Made by a program: the position numbers and the translations under genes. A DNA stretch of 64,000 nucleotides, from NCBI GenBank assembly GCA_030741355.1, contig JASLVM010000004.1, positions 1,889 to 65,888 of the forward strand, in the 5' to 3' direction. The stretch is from Poseidonia sp. Its GTDB lineage: Archaea; Thermoplasmatota; Poseidoniia; Poseidoniales; Poseidoniaceae. The notes below the pieces were generated by a model, which was given only the letters and a program-made list of their open reading frames with translations, did not search any database and had not been told where the DNA came from. This document shows, piece after piece, positions 62,234 through 64,000 of the stretch; the stretch's first letter is position 1; each line of letters begins with the position of its first letter.

Positions 62234-63274
62234 TCAGAGTACGTGCGCCTCAAGCACTTCGGCAGACAGACCGGCAAGCCGGCCACGCACGATCAATCGC
62301 AAGTCGGAAACTTCCTGAACCTTCATGGCGATGTAGTGGATGATGGGAAGGGCCGATACAGGATGGAGGTAGCTCATCCGTTGCATCATGGCGTATTCCC
62401 TTGCTTTCATCCACGTCACGACGGGATCTAGACTGCGGGTAGCATCGGCTTCTTCAAGCACGGACTCAAACGCAGCGTTGTCAAACCGGTCGCCTGCTCG
62501 AAGCAAATCAAGCATTGCATCCTTGCCACCGGTGGCGATGGCTGAGAACGCTCGTTTTGGAACGAGGCGCCCACCGGGAATCAACAACGAGACCAATTGT
62601 TCGTTGGAGATTCCAACAGCACTGGCTTCCAGGATGTTGACGATGTTTTTGTGGTCGATTTCTGCGGCGAACAATCGAGACAAGAAGCGAGCAGGTGCTC
62701 CCTTGGATTGGAGCAAGGCTCGTTGCGATGCGGCGTAGTAATGGCGGTCAAGAGCGTCTTCATAGTCAGCCAGCGTTCCGTTTTCAGGGACTTTGGCAAG
62801 GGCTGAGCCGAAGGACTTTCGTCGCATCAAGGCAGCAGCGGATTTCATGTCGTCGCAACTTTCAACCACTTTGAGCCACGGCGTGTTGACGTCGTTGATC
62901 TCTGGAAGGATGCTGTTACCAACTTCCTCAACAGAAACCTCGTTATGGATGGCACGGAACACCGCTTTGGCGTTCTGGTACTCAAACCGGGACGTGTAAA
63001 TCTCAATGAGCGGGCGAATGGTTCTGTTGGCCATGTTGACCATCTCGGTCAGTTCACCTTCGAGATTGTGCGTCAGTGCCGCTTCAACCAAGTCGCCACC
63101 GGAGAGTTTTCCAGCGTACAAGTCGATTTCTGTTCGGTACCCGATATCACCCACTGCCACCGTCAACTGGTCGACGGATTGGTTGATGAGTTGGCGAAGG
63201 CGAGCTCGGTCAGCCAACTTCTGTCGTCGTGCCTTGGCACGAGAGACGACATAAGGGGTGTTTCCGAGCATCAT
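62234..63274 (-). CDS. atpC: A-type ATP synthase subunit C
   Basis: About 346 aa and helical. The position between E and F matches the conserved operon order. The start was trimmed to ATG 63272-63274; the track start is TTG. Confidence 0.8.
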   Translation of the reverse strand: MMLGNTPYVVSRAKARRQKLADRARLRQLINQSVDQLTVAVGDIGYRTEIDLYAGKLSGGDLVEAALTHNLEGELTEMVNMANRTIRPLIEIYTSRFEYQNAKAVFRAIHNEVSVEEVGNSILPEINDVNTPWLKVVESCDDMKSAAALMRRKSFGSALAKVPENGTLADYEDALDRHYYAASQRALLQSKGAPARFLSRLFAAEIDHKNIVNILEASAVGISNEQLVSLLIPGGRLVPKRAFSAIATGGKDAMLDLLRAGDRFDNAAFESVLEEADATRSLDPVVTWMKAREYAMMQRMSYLHPVSALPIIHYIAMKVQEVSDLRLIVRGRLAGLSAEVLEAHVL

Positions 63275-63287
63275 GTGTTCACCTTCT

Positions 63288-63851
63288 TCATCCAAACAGT
63301 GTTTCGTTCACAGCAGCGAGTTGGTTGGACCAGGCTCGCTCAAGCATGTTGTCAAATCGCATGTCAAAGGAGACAGAGCCGTCTTCAGCTTCCAAAACGA
63401 AGCCGCCCAAGCCGTCCACGCTTTCGCCAACCTTACGGTCGCCTGCCTCTTTCGAGATGGCGGCCCGGTCAACTTCGACAGGACGGATCACGTACTTGCC
63501 TTTGGCGAGTTTCTTGGAACTGGCCAGCAAGGATTTGAGAAGAGCTGCTCGTCCTTTCATCCCTGGGTCGGCAATGTGCGTTCGTGCAGCCTCGAGGGTT
63601 GCATCGAGCACTTTGCGACGGGCAATCAGAACATCCTTTTGGTTGGATTGTCGAGCGCTCGCCACGGTTTCTCGGGCGATTTGCTCGGCTTCTTTCTCAG
63701 CACGCTGCTGGGCTTGTTCTCGCAAGGCTGAGGCTTTGGCCTCGGCGTCCGCAAGCAATTGCTTGGCTTCGGCTTTGGCTTCTGCAATCAGCGCTTTTGC
63801 GTCGCTTTCAGCGGCCGCAGCGATGTCGTTGGCAAGTGTTTCTAGGGTCAT
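63288..63851 (-). CDS. atpE: A-type ATP synthase subunit E
   Basis: 187 aa. It has an N-terminal Ala/Glu/Lys coiled coil and a C-terminal globular part (GGFVLEAEDGSVSFDMRFD). Confidence 0.85.
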   Translation of the reverse strand: MTLETLANDIAAAAESDAKALIAEAKAEAKQLLADAEAKASALREQAQQRAEKEAEQIARETVASARQSNQKDVLIARRKVLDATLEAARTHIADPGMKGRAALLKSLLASSKKLAKGKYVIRPVEVDRAAISKEAGDRKVGESVDGLGGFVLEAEDGSVSFDMRFDNMLERAWSNQLAAVNETLFG

Positions 63852-63912
63852 CGTATCGTCTCCATTGTTCGTCGTTCAAATTTGGGCAGAGCCCAACGGT
63901 CGACCGTCGTCC

Positions 63913-64000
63913 TCAGTTGAGGAAGAGCGGTAGGGCACCGAGAATCACGATGGATTCTGGGAGAGCGGTGAAGATCAAAGCGACACCGAACTTGCTGCCG
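63913..64000 (-). CDS. atpK: A-type ATP synthase proteolipid subunit K (C-terminal fragment only; gene continues beyond window)
   Basis: My translation of the minus strand gives ...GSKFGVALIFTALPESIVILGALPLFLN-stop, with the conserved ion-binding Glu in the PES context. Stop at 63913-63915. Confidence 0.8.
   Translation of the reverse strand, partial: GSKFGVALIFTALPESIVILGALPLFLN

Overview
This window is a compact archaeal chromosomal segment, moderately GC-rich by eye. By my tally all but about 2 kb is coding. I found no rRNA, tRNA, CRISPR array, transposase or integrase. An archaeal informational and energy core is present: Hel308, Cgi121, Orc1/Cdc6, S6e, aIF2-gamma, Dph2, SMC-ScpA-ScpB, and an A1Ao ATP synthase in the order K-E-C-F-A-B-D. 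It is interleaved with bacterial-type genes: GyrB-GyrA, class II HMG-CoA reductase, a class II CCA-type nucleotidyltransferase, acyl-CoA dehydrogenase and NadB. Peptidase-family genes are unusually dense: PmbA, TldD, SprT-like, AstE/AspA-like, a 1400-aa PKD-repeat metalloprotease, M28, M61 and an M50-like protein. That mix resembles marine Thermoplasmatota (Marine Group II / Poseidoniales), but this is inference, not a database result. The ORF track translates TTG/GTG starts as M, so I re-checked starts in the sequence and trimmed several N-termini to ATG codons with Shine-Dalgarno-like GGAGG/GGTGA motifs. Many long track ORFs are antisense shadows of real genes. The most interesting locus is at 41441-44800. 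It holds three genes joined by two ATGA stop/start overlaps. The first encodes an Orc1/Cdc6-like AAA+/winged-helix protein with a degenerate Walker A (GSGRTS) and Walker B. The other two encode a beta-propeller-like protein and a DUF357-like protein. Upstream sits an array of helically phased TTAAC boxes, in one of only three sizeable non-coding spacers in the window. Secondary observations are listed below:
- An M50 site-2-protease homolog that appears to have lost all three zinc ligands.
- A thymidylate-kinase-like protein with an atypical P-loop and a roughly 240-aa unknown C-terminal domain.
- A GcvH-like protein lacking the lipoyl-lysine at the aligned position.
- A Hel308 with a low-complexity insertion.
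- Several convergent gene-end overlaps.
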